Source: Paramecium tetraurelia | Lineage: Eukaryota | Length of the DNA: 64,000 nt | Assembly: GCA_000165425.1 (NCBI GenBank) | Contig: CT868029.1 | Span: 186,001 to 250,000 of the forward strand | Direction of reading: 5' to 3' | Part shown: positions 1 through 12,887 of the stretch, one piece after another | Layout: each line of letters starts with the position of its first letter | Position numbering within the stretch: position 1 is the first letter of the stretch | Notes under the pieces: generated by a model | What the model saw: the letters and a program-made list of their open reading frames with translations, nothing else | Told to the model about the DNA's origin: nothing | Databases searched by the model: none | Translations under genes and position numbers: made by a program

Positions 1-910
1 AAAATCAATTAATTCTACTTCTTATTTGCTTTAAATAGATTAGATATAAAGTACCTTGAACTAAATTTAAATTTGACAGATTCATTTGGCAAAAGGCTTG
101 AAGTATGTAAATCTTCTTTTTCGAAAGTCCAAAATATGATCCTTTTTTCTAATGTAATTGTAAATAGAGCAATTTAATTGTTGAGTTCAAACAATTAAAA
201 CCTCAAGGGCTCTGATTCTGTATATTTAAGATTATGTTCATTGATGATTTATAATGTTTTTGAATTGAGAACTTACAATTTTGAATCTTGAGTAAGTATA
301 AATATGTATTTTAAACATTTTGTAACAATCACTTATTTAGCTGCTTGTTTCAATTACGATTTGATTATTTTATTGTCTAATTGAAGTAGATATATTTATG
401 TATTATCAATCAATATTGCACCTATCTATTGTGAACAATATAATTTAGGTTATTACAATCCTTCAATTTTGAGTTCAGTTGCCAAAGAAAATTGATATTG
501 GCAATCAATTTTGAAAAATTAAATATTCTCATTATTTTGGATAATTATTAGATAATATGTATGCGCAAAATACACAAGGACGAAATCCGATATATCTTTA
601 TCTGAATTCAGATAGTATTTTTCAGAGCTATTGATACATGATACTAAGTAGAGACACTTAGAAGATTTTTTGCATACAAACAGATAATCCAAACTCTTGA
701 TTTCTAATGCATGATAATTTTCAACATCAGATACATCAACAGTCTCTTAATCTAATATTGTATTTTAATTAGAAGCACAAGTGTACCTATCATTCGAATC
801 AGAATTTACTTGTAATGATTGATGCTTGAAGACATAAAAGTGGATAAATAAATAATATTTAATATATTTATCAATTATATTAAATAACTTTGAATATATT
901 CCTAATTCAT
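1..910 (-). CDS. Hypothetical protein, partial (continues past the left edge; start uncertain)
   Basis: Long TGA-free frame in ciliate code from about 840 to 56 (…YLIIIQNNENIQFFKIDCQY…RIIFWTFEKEDL…), then a GT..AG mini-intron near 30-55. No family recognised. Confidence 0.55.
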
Positions 911-999
911 AGTAAATCAAAATGATTGTTATAGATTAACCTTAACTCAAATATTATATAATTGAAATATAGTTATTGTGACATAATATATTGTAGTAA

Positions 1000-2830
1000 T
1001 CAGAATAAAAACTTCTCTAACACCTAACTCTATATCAATAGCATCTCCATTATTTCGAATTAATTTTTTTGTGCTATTAAATATTCTTAAGAACAGTTTT
1101 TTTTGCTGGCATTATATTACTGCGTCCTGGACTTCGGTATACCATACAAACTTCCAGTCTAATTAGTAGATTAACTTTGAGACATTGATTCTTGTCCAAA
1201 ATTTGATTCTTGTCCAAAATTAGATAACAAATTCTCTGAAAAATTAGCGATTGCATTCAATTTGGCATTAAGAGTATTCTCAGAATAGAATAACTCTTTT
1301 TATAATTAAATCAAGTCATTAGCCACAGATTCAGGTTTAAAATTTACGATTCTATCCACAAGGCTTTTGTATTATTTGCCAAAATACAAAGCGTCCCCTA
1401 ACAAATGATTCTAATATAAATAATTCTATTTACAATATTGACTTAGTTTTCTCTTAGTTCATTTCTCAAATGACTAATTTCTTTCTCTTTAGCTTGTTGA
1501 ATTTAATTGAATTAAGCTTAGTAATAAGCAAATGTCTCCTATTTGTAATTCTCAAATTAGTTTTGACTAACCTCTAAAGCATTCTTATATAATTTAAATA
1601 ATGTTATACCTCAAGTTGTTACAAATTCGATTTCAATTCAATATTTTCATTTTCATATTCTTGAAAGACCGTATGATATTTTTCTTTCTCTTCTTGATGA
1701 ATTAGATCTTTGGATTAGAGCACTTCTATAGATTATAATAATTTTTCAATCTAAATAATTAACCTATATATATTTACTTCTTGCTGTTTTAATTCTAATT
1801 CCTGCTTTAATGATGCAATTTAGCAATTTGAATCTTAGATCTAGACTTGTTATTATTTACTCGTATTCTATAAGGATGCAATTTATTCATTTAGTTTGTT
1901 CACTAGTTACTTTTTCTAATCTAATTCGTCTATTTAGAACCTAATGATTTTTTAAGAACCAGATATATTATTTTGTTATTTCTGATGACCAGATTTGTAC
2001 TTATCACTGCTAATATTGGATTCCTTATTGCTCTTATTAAGCGAAATAGGGGTTTTGCAATTGTCAAAGTTGCAGCTACTAAACCGTTGATGATGGGATT
2101 TGTTAATTGACTTTTGCGTACTATTTGGATCAGCCTTAAACTTATTCTGAATCTGAACCAGGTGTTTATTCAACTTGTCTATTTGTGAACCTGCAAATGA
2201 CTTTTATTTCACCTCTTCTATGATTTCATACACTATACTAACGATATCTTTGAACATTGATTAGAATTAAGATGTTTAATCATTACTAATTTCTTATTTC
2301 TCGACAGCAGGTCTTTAATTCAGTTCTTGTATTAAGAGAAAGATCATATACTTTAGTAATATGAGATCAGTGCTTCTATAAAAGTCATAACACGTTTGTG
2401 CATTATCTAAACAGAAAAGCTTCATTTTAGCAATTATAGCCGCACATGTATTATGATCATTCTCTTTAGCATATTTCAATAGTTTCACCTTCTTCTCGAT
2501 TTACAATAAGGCAGGGAATGTTTGTTAGGAAATGCTGGAAATTGAAGAATATTTCTGAAGATGGATGTCAAACACATTCTCGTTTTGAGTAAATGAAGAG
2601 CACGATGCCTTTTCGGTTGGCTTAATCAATCGTTCTGTCCATTGTTCAACATCGTGCTTTTTAACTTGCAAGTAAGGAGTAGGGGATGATTTCTCGAGCA
2701 ATTGGTTAATTTCTCTGCTTGCAAAAGGTCGGGGTTAAAGTGGAGAGACAGAGTGTTCACTTGATTTTTTATTGCCTGAATATAGAATTTGGAGTTTCTG
2801 AAGCAGCTGACTGCTTGATGATGAGTTCAT
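1000..2830 (-). CDS. Coiled-coil hypothetical protein
   Basis: ATG at 2830 (MNSSSSSQLLQKLQILYSG…); Q/E/K-rich heptads; several mini-introns; ends …FEIMEMLLIQSQVLEKFLF-TGA at 1000. Confidence 0.75.
1185..1220. repeat. Perfect 18-bp tandem duplication inside a CDS
   Basis: ttgattcttgtccaaaat occurs twice back to back; length is a multiple of 3 (ILDKNQ x2 on the minus strand). Confidence 0.9.
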
Positions 2831-3176
2831 TTATAATTAACAGATATTTATACTAGGTTTAGTAAACCTATAAAATTTAATAAAAACAAAACAAGGCTTT
2901 TTGAAAACTGGCTACTCTTACGCTAGAGATATCAATAACCACAATAATAATTATTCATCCATTGAGTTGAACTCGAACAGTGAATATTTATTTATTTTAC
3001 TGATAATTTCAGTCAATCATTTCCAACATATTCTTTTAATCCTAAATACCTTAGCAAATTATAGAAAATAATATTCATATCTACCAACTAGATTAGAATT
3101 CATATTCATATATGTTAAATCAATAATCCATTTTTAGAATTTAAATAATATTTTGTTTACAAGTAAATAACACCAA

Positions 3177-4671
3177 TCATTTTGACCTTTAATACATCCA
3201 TCCAGCAATGCCTATTGTCATCATAATAAAACCAGTAATCTTAAAGTTTCTTCTATTTTTCTAATCTTAAATGCATTTGGTTTAGTCAGGGTCATATAAA
3301 TTAGATTCCATTTTCGAGTTAATTTGAGTTCTCTCTTAAGTATCATAACAACAACTTGTGACTTATATGTTTTCTCCTTGTGTTTAATCATAAGAATAGA
3401 CAGTTTGTAATTCTTCTTATAAAGTGGTGACTCGTAAATCTTAAAAACTGGCATCCGAAGATATTGATGCTAATGATTTTAAGTTTTAAGATTTAATCTA
3501 TTATTCACTTAAATATTCCATTTTCTTTTCTGAATTTTTACTGCTATCAATAATGACTGATTTAAATTGCCAAGGCTTTTTAGGGGATATTTATATTAGT
3601 TCCTATAAACAGTCATTGTCACTTGATTGATTTTCCATTATTTCATCATCATATTAAGAGGTTCCTTTGGAATCTTGTCCCTATTGGGAATGTTTTGATA
3701 ATTTAATCTCACCAAGATTATGATGAGTCTTGTATCTAAATCTTTGCCGAATTGATATTGATTCTGTTTACTATGTTAATTTTGATTGCTCTTCAGAATT
3801 ATCTTGAATCTTCATTTGATTTAATTATGACTTTAGGTTTAGAATAGTTTAGATAAGGTCCAAGATTTCATCTTCAGAGGATATATTTGATCCAGATTTA
3901 TTTAAAATTTGCATTTGTAAGTTGATAAGGAACTCAATTAAATTTATCAATATCATACTTGTATCATCATTATGAATAGGATTATTCACATAATTAGTGT
4001 GTTTCTAATTTATTGTTCTCTTGTGGTTTAACTAAAATAATTCTGTCACTGTTTTCAATTATTTAATTAATCTATTATTGAGACTGACACTTTACTCCTT
4101 CAGATCATCAATTTAGATGAGATTATTTTTAATTTTATCTTAAGCCTTATTTAGTTAATATTAAATTTACAAATTTATAACGATTTTTTAATTGTTGCTT
4201 TTATTATGTTAGAGTAGTCTAAATTTTATTGAATTGTTCATTCTCTTCTTTTATAGATAGATATCTGTCTCTACATATCTTTATTCCTTCAGTAAGGTCA
4301 CTGATTTTCTATATTATTGAAGGATCATTGTGAATTTCACTAATCGATTTTTCAATCTTATGCAAATGAGATTCTTGTAAATCAAGCTCAATGTGTAGTT
4401 TTACTCTTCTATTTTTGATATTCTTTATTACTGAATATTATCCCTCAATATTATTTTGAAGAGTGTTTAGTTCTTAAGTGATTTAGAATATTTTTGAATT
4501 GAGTTAGGCTAATTAAAATTCTTTTTTCTAGTATGTAATTTCATGAGTTTAGATAAATAACTCAAACAGTTTAGTCGTGGGTGGGTTGTCAAGGTTCATG
4601 CCATGCTTTTGAAGATACTCATACAGTATTTGAATTATATGATGGTTCTATGGCAAACAGATTTCATTCAT
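3177..4671 (-). CDS. Coiled-coil protein with a C-terminal hydrophobic segment (probable tail-anchored membrane protein)
   Basis: ATG at 4671 (MNEICLPQNHHIIQILYEYLQKHG…); coiled-coil body; ends RRNFKITGFIMMTIGIAGWMYQRSK-TGA. Confidence 0.75.
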
Positions 4672-4733
4672 AGATTTTATTTTATTTACAAAAATATAAA
4701 ACACCGTTAATAACATTAATACTCAATCTAATT

Positions 4734-5743
4734 TCATTCTCTAGTTTAAGTTTCCTCAGTTACTTCCTCAGGTTGCTTCTCCTCTTCTACTTCTTTTCTT
4801 TAATCAACCAAACTACTTTGATATGTTTGAATTGTTTTTTAGTATTAGGACTTAAGAATTGTAAGGATGTTCAACTATTTCAATGCTGTAATGAGGAGTG
4901 CTTTAAATTCTTCAAACTTTTGAGCTTCAATAAATGTTTTCAATGCTATTAATTATTCTTATAAGTGTTTGATTAATTCCTTGTTGTTGTATTTCTCTCT
5001 CAAAACATTTAACCTAGACTTGAGTTCCTCCAAAGAAGTTGTATAAAGACTTGAGATGGGTGAGACGACTATTACTTTATAAGTGAAAAGAGTGGCATTC
5101 AAATGTTATTTAAAATTGAGTGTAACAAAGACCTTCAATTGTTGAACCTTTTATCCTCCAAATGTGTGAATCTCATTCTTAAGTAAAGTAAAGAGTCCTT
5201 GAGTTATTTCTGTAAGATTATGAGCTAATTGAACTGTTCTTTGATTATAGGTTTACTCTGAGTTTGTGGCCTTAGCTTCTTTCAAAACAGCCTTCTACAA
5301 TCTGACGATATTGCCTTCAATTGAAGTCAAGAATTTATTAGCCACATTGTCACAGGTGTGTAACACAAATTAAGTCGCGCCATTGTTTTTGGCCAAATCA
5401 ACTCCTGAATCAATTGCCTTCTTTGAGTTCTCTCTTAATTGATCAGTAAGTTCTTTTCCCTTTTACTTGAGTTTCTATCCTTGTTCTGCTATGTTGAAAG
5501 TTTTTTCATATGATTGAACTATCTGGAAACTTCTATTTATGTTATCATCGACAGTGTCTGTCACTTTTTAAACAAAGGGTTCAGTTACTTTATCTGCATA
5601 GACAACGATGTTCTCTACAAATTTGGGTGCTCTATTAATTTTAGGTTTAAAGTTTACTTTAATGGAAGTTTTTAGTAATTTGTGGTGATTAAGGACTTGG
5701 TTCTTGATAAGATATTTCCAATGTATTTCTATTATTCTGACAT
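4734..5743 (-). CDS. Helical hypothetical protein (possibly lipid-droplet associated)
   Basis: ATG at 5743 (MSEQQKYIGNILSRTKSLITTNYQKLP…); one mini-intron; amphipathic helices; acidic tail EEEKQPEEVTEETQTRE-TGA. Confidence 0.8.
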
Positions 5744-7651
5744 GAAATTTAAATTAATGATTAGTGATCAAGGAAGAGTGACCAACTTAAGTACTCATTT
5801 GATTATGATGTAAAATCACTGTTTAATACGCATTTGAGTTTAAATAATTTCTGATTTACAGTTTGCAATGCAAAATAATTAATTTTAATGACGGTATAAT
5901 TATTGAAAAACCTTATATTAATAATTACGACATTTTTGTGCTCTTGCACATCAAATCCAACGTCTTATCATTCCGATAAAAAATGGATACCTTCGAAAAT
6001 AATTATACTTACCTATATCAAATACCGAAATAACAACCCTTTCAATTTACACGACATGATAGAAATGAATCTTTTTCATTTACGCTGATATTTTCGATAA
6101 CTATAACAAATAATATATGCATAAATGATCAATATGAAATCCTATGCAAGTCAGATAAAACATTTTTCTCTAAAATAATAAATATTTTGTAGCCTCAAGA
6201 ACAAGGATTTTTTTATCATATAAATAATCAATTATACTTTCAATATATACACTACTATAAATTACATACAATTTTAAGGAACTTCTAATAATTCAACCAA
6301 TATTTATATTCTTCAGATCAGATTACAAATAGATGGAAAACCAAATTCATCAAACACTTAGACACGCTGGTTTTTGTTTGCAAACAAGCATAATAATCAG
6401 GTTTTTACATACTTTATTAATTCTGAATTTCCAATACTTAAACTATTTTTATTAATAAATTACATTTACGAATTAACTATGTACTCTTTCTTAGTTATTC
6501 TGGGATCACAACAAGCAGATCCATTTTATTAGATAGTGATTTAATAACAATCATCCACTTAATAACAGGTAAAAATAAAAATACAATTCTGGCTCTACTT
6601 CTTAATTATTAATATAATTCAGGTATTGGCAACATTAAGATTATAAATATTTGTCTTTAACAAGCAGCATATTAATAGAATTTGTAATTTGGGTAGAGCA
6701 TAATTAAATATTAAATGCAATGCTTTTCAATATTTTCAGCTCGCAGCGATTAAAAGATTTAATTAATTAGGATTGTGAGTTGTATAAATAAATATACTTA
6801 CTCATTTGAAATTGAAAATACAAAATAAAAAATTAATTAAATGTCAAGAAATGAATAAATATGTATTTATTTTTATTTTGTACTTAATTACATATAGGAA
6901 TTTAGAACATTTTTGATAAATTTAAATCAATTATGCTTAAATTAATTTGCATTCAATTAATCATTATCGAATTCACTACCTCATTTAAAAAAACTAATAT
7001 AATTTAATTTTTCCACTGATAACATTTAAATGTAAAATTGTAATGTTTTCATTCAGAATATTGTTAATAACAAGAGAGAAAGTGGGATCGCTATTTGATA
7101 ACATCATTATTTACAGTAAATTTCTATTTAGGATTATACAAACTTCTTTATTTAATTTAAAGAAAACATAATACAATCTGTGTTGACTTAATGAACACAT
7201 AAGCTTAGTTAATGGGATTTAAATGCGGTAAATTACTTAAGACCTTAAGAGATTAAGATGGAATAATTCCCATTCTGTTTAAAATACATACCATAATGCG
7301 AGACATAAAAAACTTTTGAGATTCAGTGGAGTAAACTATATTTACCGCTACTAGAAGGGAATTTATATGTGGAGGAAATCTTCTTAAATAAGATAAACTT
7401 AGATACCTATTCAATCTATACTTAAAAACAAGGGAAGGTCCACTTATTGAGAGATTACTATTGATATAAACCATTTATATTTATACTATTTCTTGAATGC
7501 TGCTTTTCATGTTAAAAAGCTATATATATTAGATAAATAAAAAAAATAGAATTCTGTAAAATATCAGAATAAAAAAGTAATACAGAATACAAAAATAATG
7601 CTTATAAGTAAGGAATATATCATACGCATTAAAATAAATGCAGCATAGTTA

Positions 7652-9366
7652 TCATTATATAGTTTGTTTAATGCGTTTCCTGTTTTTCGGAATTGGAGAT
7701 TGATCCTACCTTTAAATTATTTTGTCCTCTTCCCTCTATATATATTGTGATATAAGATACCAATTAATGATTCTTTAATTGAGGAAACAGGGATGAGGTT
7801 TTGAGTTCTTAACGAAAAGAATTCTAAAATCAAATTAATTAATTACTTATTTCATTGTTAAAATACATTTTCCTAGTTGAACAGGAGTTAAATGCTCTTT
7901 AAGTTATTCCCACATTAAGTCAACCTAAATGGCTTCACTTTGAATTACTTTTAATTGATCTTGAATTTTTTATATCGAACTAAATTTGAATGTGTAATTA
8001 TACTCGGAAATATTATTTGTGACACTCTATAATTTTGATTTTATTCTTCTAACTTTTTTAATTTGATCAGGCTAAATTTGTAATTTTTTGAAGGTCTCTT
8101 TCATCCAATCTGTATAATCCCTATTCATTACAATAAGAATTACTCTGATTATAATGCAAAGAAATCTTTATTATTTTCTAAGGAGTATATCAAATATTTA
8201 GTTTAGATTGGCAGGTATGCTTCAATCATAGATTCACAGTATTATCTAGCAGCATCCTTGCGTTCTTAAATGTTTGAATTAGTTCTATATCTTAAGGCAT
8301 CTAAAATAATTTCAATTTCAAAATTTTCTTTATTTTTAAGTAGGCAAGTTTCTAATTTATCAAATAATTATTATTATTATTCTAAAAAAGTTTAAAACTA
8401 AATTTCAAATGCAAATATACATTCTCCTCTATTTTATTGCAAATTCTTGCCTAATTAGATTCCTTTAATCTTTAAATTTCCTCTTGCAATTCTTTGACTT
8501 TAGTTTCCAAGAGTTCATAATATAGTTTCTTTCTGGCTCTTGAATTTCTAGCGGATTCTCTATTCTTTGCTAATTTCTATTAAACTGAATCGATATTTTC
8601 ATCACCAGTCATTTGACATGATTACATTTCAATTTGATCGTTAGGAATAATTGATGATTTTCTCTACAATTTTATTTAGTTCTTCCTAATTGAATAGAAT
8701 TTCTTAAATTTACGTTTGTCTTGATGAAGTTTTTATAGTTAAATCAATTTTTTTCTATGTTTGATCAGCTAACAGAGTGATTTTCTTTTTGTAAATACTT
8801 TTTGCTTAATTGACATTAAATAGACTTTTGTTCTCTGAGATAATATTTTGATTATCAAAATACGTTATATCTGGCTTGAATTGAGAATTGATTTATTATT
8901 CAGATTCTAAATAAGATAAGCTATCTAATAAATTACTTATATATATATTGAATTCCTAAAATGATGGTTCGTTACTCCTAAACCCACTGTCTTGTAATGG
9001 ATTTTTGTATTCTTTGAAATCTTCAAGTGTTTTGACTTAACAATTCAGTCTGTCTATTCCAAATTCTTCAGATTGCATTTCTAAATTTCCGCTGCTCCTA
9101 AATAAGATAGGCTTCTAAAACTCAGGTTCATGGAATTCATAAATTTAAATAGGAGTGGCACTTTCTTCCAAACCTACCGAAGAACAATATTAATCTGGTT
9201 AAACTAGAAACCCAGAATTTTAGATAAGACTTCCTCCTCCATATGGTCCAAAATTTGAGCAGAGACTTATGAATAATAAAAAGGTATACTTGTCTTACAG
9301 ATTCCCTAACCCACTCTAAAAGTATTGAGCTATCTCGCTTCTATTAGGCATAAAAAAATCACTCAT
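7652..9366 (-). CDS. bZIP transcription factor
   Basis: Basic region and zipper KLAKNRESARNSRARKKLYYELLETKVKELQEEIQRLKESN at about 8580-8455; ATG at 9366; stop position approximate. Confidence 0.85.
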
Positions 9367-9537
9367 AATTATATAAACAAACTTAGAAACTTATTCTTCC
9401 GATAAATTAATAATAATAAAAAGCTTACTCAGTTATCGTTAATAAAAATAAATAGATTTAAAAGATAAGAATATTGTTTAAAATATGAAGTCTAACAACA
9501 AACTAGTGTAATCTTAAATTAGATATATAATATGCAC

Positions 9538-11563
9538 TCATTTAGGTTCTTACTTATCGGCATTTTTGTTATTGGGAATGATTGAAGGTACATTAGTTCT
9601 TTTTTGGAGAAGTTCATTCCGAATGGATTATGGTAGAGTATTAATAATCCAAGGATGCTCTAAAGCTTGTTCTGGTGTCAATCTCTAAAATTGATTCCAT
9701 TCTAGACACTTGCTAATGAACTAATTGTGTGATATCTATCTAATACATCATAGAAATCGGCACCTGCCTTTACAAGTAATTGAGGGAGAGGCTTCAATTG
9801 CTGAGTCTACTCATTTTCTTTTATTTTGTAATTGAGTTGATATTTATCATCAAAAAACTTTACTTTCCTTGGACTTTAATCAATCACTTCTTTTGGAGGC
9901 ATCCCAAGAACCTTAGTTTAAGCATAGAGCAATTCCTTTTCAGTTTTAGATTGAAACAGAGAATCTCCTAAAAAGAGTTCAGCCATGATGCATCCAAAGC
10001 TCCACATATCTATTTGAAATGTGTAATTAATTCCAAATATTATCTCTGGAGCTCTATAAAATCTGCTCTTGATTTAATACAATATACGTATACTTGAATG
10101 TAGGTGTACATTTTATTGTTAGCAAAGCAACTTGAGCCAAAGTCAATCACCTTAAGACCTGACTTAGTGAATTCTTTTAGGAGAATGTTTTCTGGTTTTA
10201 GATCACAATGGATGATATTGCATGCCTTCAAATAGAGGAGAGCTTAGAGGATTTGGATTGCGAATCTTCTGATCAAATCAGGTTCCAGGCCTACAAAATT
10301 ATTCAAAGCCAGAAATTCGTAGAGATTACAACAAAGTAATTCGAAAACCATGCACTTTCTAGTTTAATTTGAATGTCTTACTATGTGATTTCTGAATTCA
10401 AAAAAATTCATCAATTTAATCAGACAATAAGAATTATCTGCTTTATTGATGATCTTCAGCAAGTCTATTTCGATTAGTGCTTATTAATAAAACTTCTCTC
10501 TGTTCTTTATAATTTTGATAGCCATCTCTTTGCGATGTTTGTGATCAAAGACTTTAAAAACATAACCAAAACTGCCATTCCCTAATTTGTCTAGCATTTC
10601 ATACCTAAAAGCTATCTAATCCTGCTTAATGAATTTATAGTCTCCACTAAGGGAATAAGCATCATATAAATACTGTTAATTATCGTATCCATGATTAAAT
10701 TGATTTCCTAGGGGATCTCTCTGGGCTTTTGCAATATTTTTAGGAGCGAGATAATAAATAGTTTCATAATCTATAATCTCCTTCTTCTCGAATTCACTGA
10801 GCTAATCTGAATAGTGTTATAAGACATATTATGCTATTTAAGGTAGTTGAAACTGATCAGGTAATTACTTGACAGTAGATTAAGGTTGATGGGTTGTCAA
10901 GGAGTAAGTTTTGGTTTGATTTCGTTGTTTAATATTGGATGTGATTTTGTTTTGGAGATCCAAAAACTTTTATTGGTTTTGTTGAAGTAGCTTTTCAGAT
11001 TTGCTTAAATTAGGATTGCCAAGTGTCGATGGTAATTTCTGAGTTACTTCTTGGTCGATTTGTTCTGGGTTGGTTCTGAGATGTAACTTTGTGATCTAAG
11101 GTATTAGGTTACTAGTTATTTGAGTGTTAATTCCTATACGATATTGAATTGTGTTTACTTTTGGCTTAATCGAACGTATGCAATTGGTCCTATTCTTTAA
11201 TGAGGATCGATTTTAGTTGGAGATGATATGATTTTTATTGTCCTTTAGTTTACGTTTCATTTTAATGAAGATCAACTTGTATACAATAAAAATAAACATA
11301 CGATGATTGCTAATACTAATTGGTTTGTTGGATTTTGTAAAATCAGGAGGAGATTTTATATGTTATCTTTGTGTGGCTCTACTAGTTATTGGTGGGCATT
11401 CTTTAATCAATTGTTTTTGAGTTTATCGAGCAGGGTTAATTTTATAAGGACTTTTGCCGATGATGTCAAAGCTCCTTATTTTTTTGATTGAATCTTTGGT
11501 CGAGTATAAAGTAGTTTATTTGGGCTAGATGTTGACGAGATTTAATAAACTGAGTTATTTCAT
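9538..11563 (-). CDS. DYRK-family (class 2 / DYRK2-like) dual-specificity protein kinase
   Basis: DH box (HGYD…GDYK…DQIAFRYE), [39 protein letters not shown] activation loop split by a mini-intron. Confidence 0.92.
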
Positions 11564-11734
11564 TATAATCCACTTTAATGAAAATTAAAGTATTTAAAAG
11601 TTGAAATGTGTTTGTATGTAAAGTATCAATCATTTACACGGGAATTGCTATTGAGTTTTCAATTAATTCTAAGAAAATTGTATAAATATTGAGAAGTGTG
11701 ATATGTTATAGAAAATCAAAATTATCTATATCAA

Positions 11735-12841
11735 ATGTTTCCTTTTGTAGGCAACTTGTTCCGAAATGACTTCCCTTTGTTCCTATTTGATGATCACTTC
11801 ATTCCAGGCCCAGGAGTTAGAGTAAGAGTTCCCAGACCGCCATACACTAATAGGCAATTTAGAGATCAAGCTCCTAAAGTAATTTCATTTGGAGAATTAG
11901 AAGCCTCCCAGTTTGAAGTTGATGCAGAGTGTGAGAAAACCGCTCAAAGATTTCACAGAAAACCAAGGCCAATATTGGGCAATCTTGGGTGATGAATAAT
12001 ATGAAAAAGGGGATTTTTTCAATGCAATCACTCATTATACTAAGGCTATCGAACTTACAGAGGGAACTGAAAGCTCATTCTTTCGTTGCAGAGGATTGGC
12101 CTTAAAATAGGCTGGCAATTTAGATCCTGTAAAAACATTATAATAACAATATTCAAGGCTTACAGAGACGCCATCATTGCAATTGAATTGGATGATAAGA
12201 ATATCAAGGCACATTTGTTATGCGGATAAGTGTTGGCTGAGCGAGGAAAAAGTTCTGATAATACTTAGGACATTGAGAATGCAATAATAAGACTGACTAA
12301 GGCTAGAACTCTGTGTGCGGGGTAAAAGAAGGAGTATTATGAAGATGAACTTAGTAAGTACATTTATAGAGCCAAAAAGTTACTTTGGTACAAAAATTAA
12401 GAAATAAATAATAAGAATAAGAGAGTGGCTATTGAGAACTATAAAACTTATTTAAATTAAAGATAGGATCTAAATCCTGAGTAGAGGTAGAAGGAGTTGG
12501 AGGGATTCATAAATTCTATAGGGAATCCAGATTAGAAATAGGAGTATGATATTCCCAGTTATTTGATATGCAAGATAACATTGGTAATTGATGAGGTCTC
12601 ATTTTAATAGGAATTGATGGAAAATCCAGTTGTAAACGATGCTGGCCAAACTTATGAGCGTGACATGCTTATCGAGGCTATAAACAAGAATGGGCCCAGT
12701 GATCCGACGACAAGACAGCCGATTAGTAAGAAGTTTTACCCGAATGTGAATGTGAAGCAAGCGACGCAGGACTTCCTGTTGAATAGTCCGTGGGCATTCG
12801 AATTCCAGAAAGGGGAGGAGTATTAAAATATTGAGTTTTGA
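11735..12841 (+). CDS. TPR + U-box E3 ubiquitin ligase (CHIP/STUB1-like)
   Basis: TPRs (GDEQYEKGDFFNAITHYTKAIEL…, AIIAIELDDKNIKAHLLCGQVL) and U-box IPSYLICKITL/ELMENPVVNDAGQTYER…DPTTRQP…PN; 22-nt intron at 11879-11900. Confidence 0.9.
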
Positions 12842-12887
12842 TTATAATTAATGTTAGTTATAATCCGTTTTTATTATAATAAAAATA

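Noticed and set aside
5757..5855. Possible C/D-box snoRNA (ATGATG…CTGA)
   Set aside because: Box C is imperfect, with no convincing terminal stem or recognisable rRNA guide; such motifs are expected by chance in AT-rich DNA.
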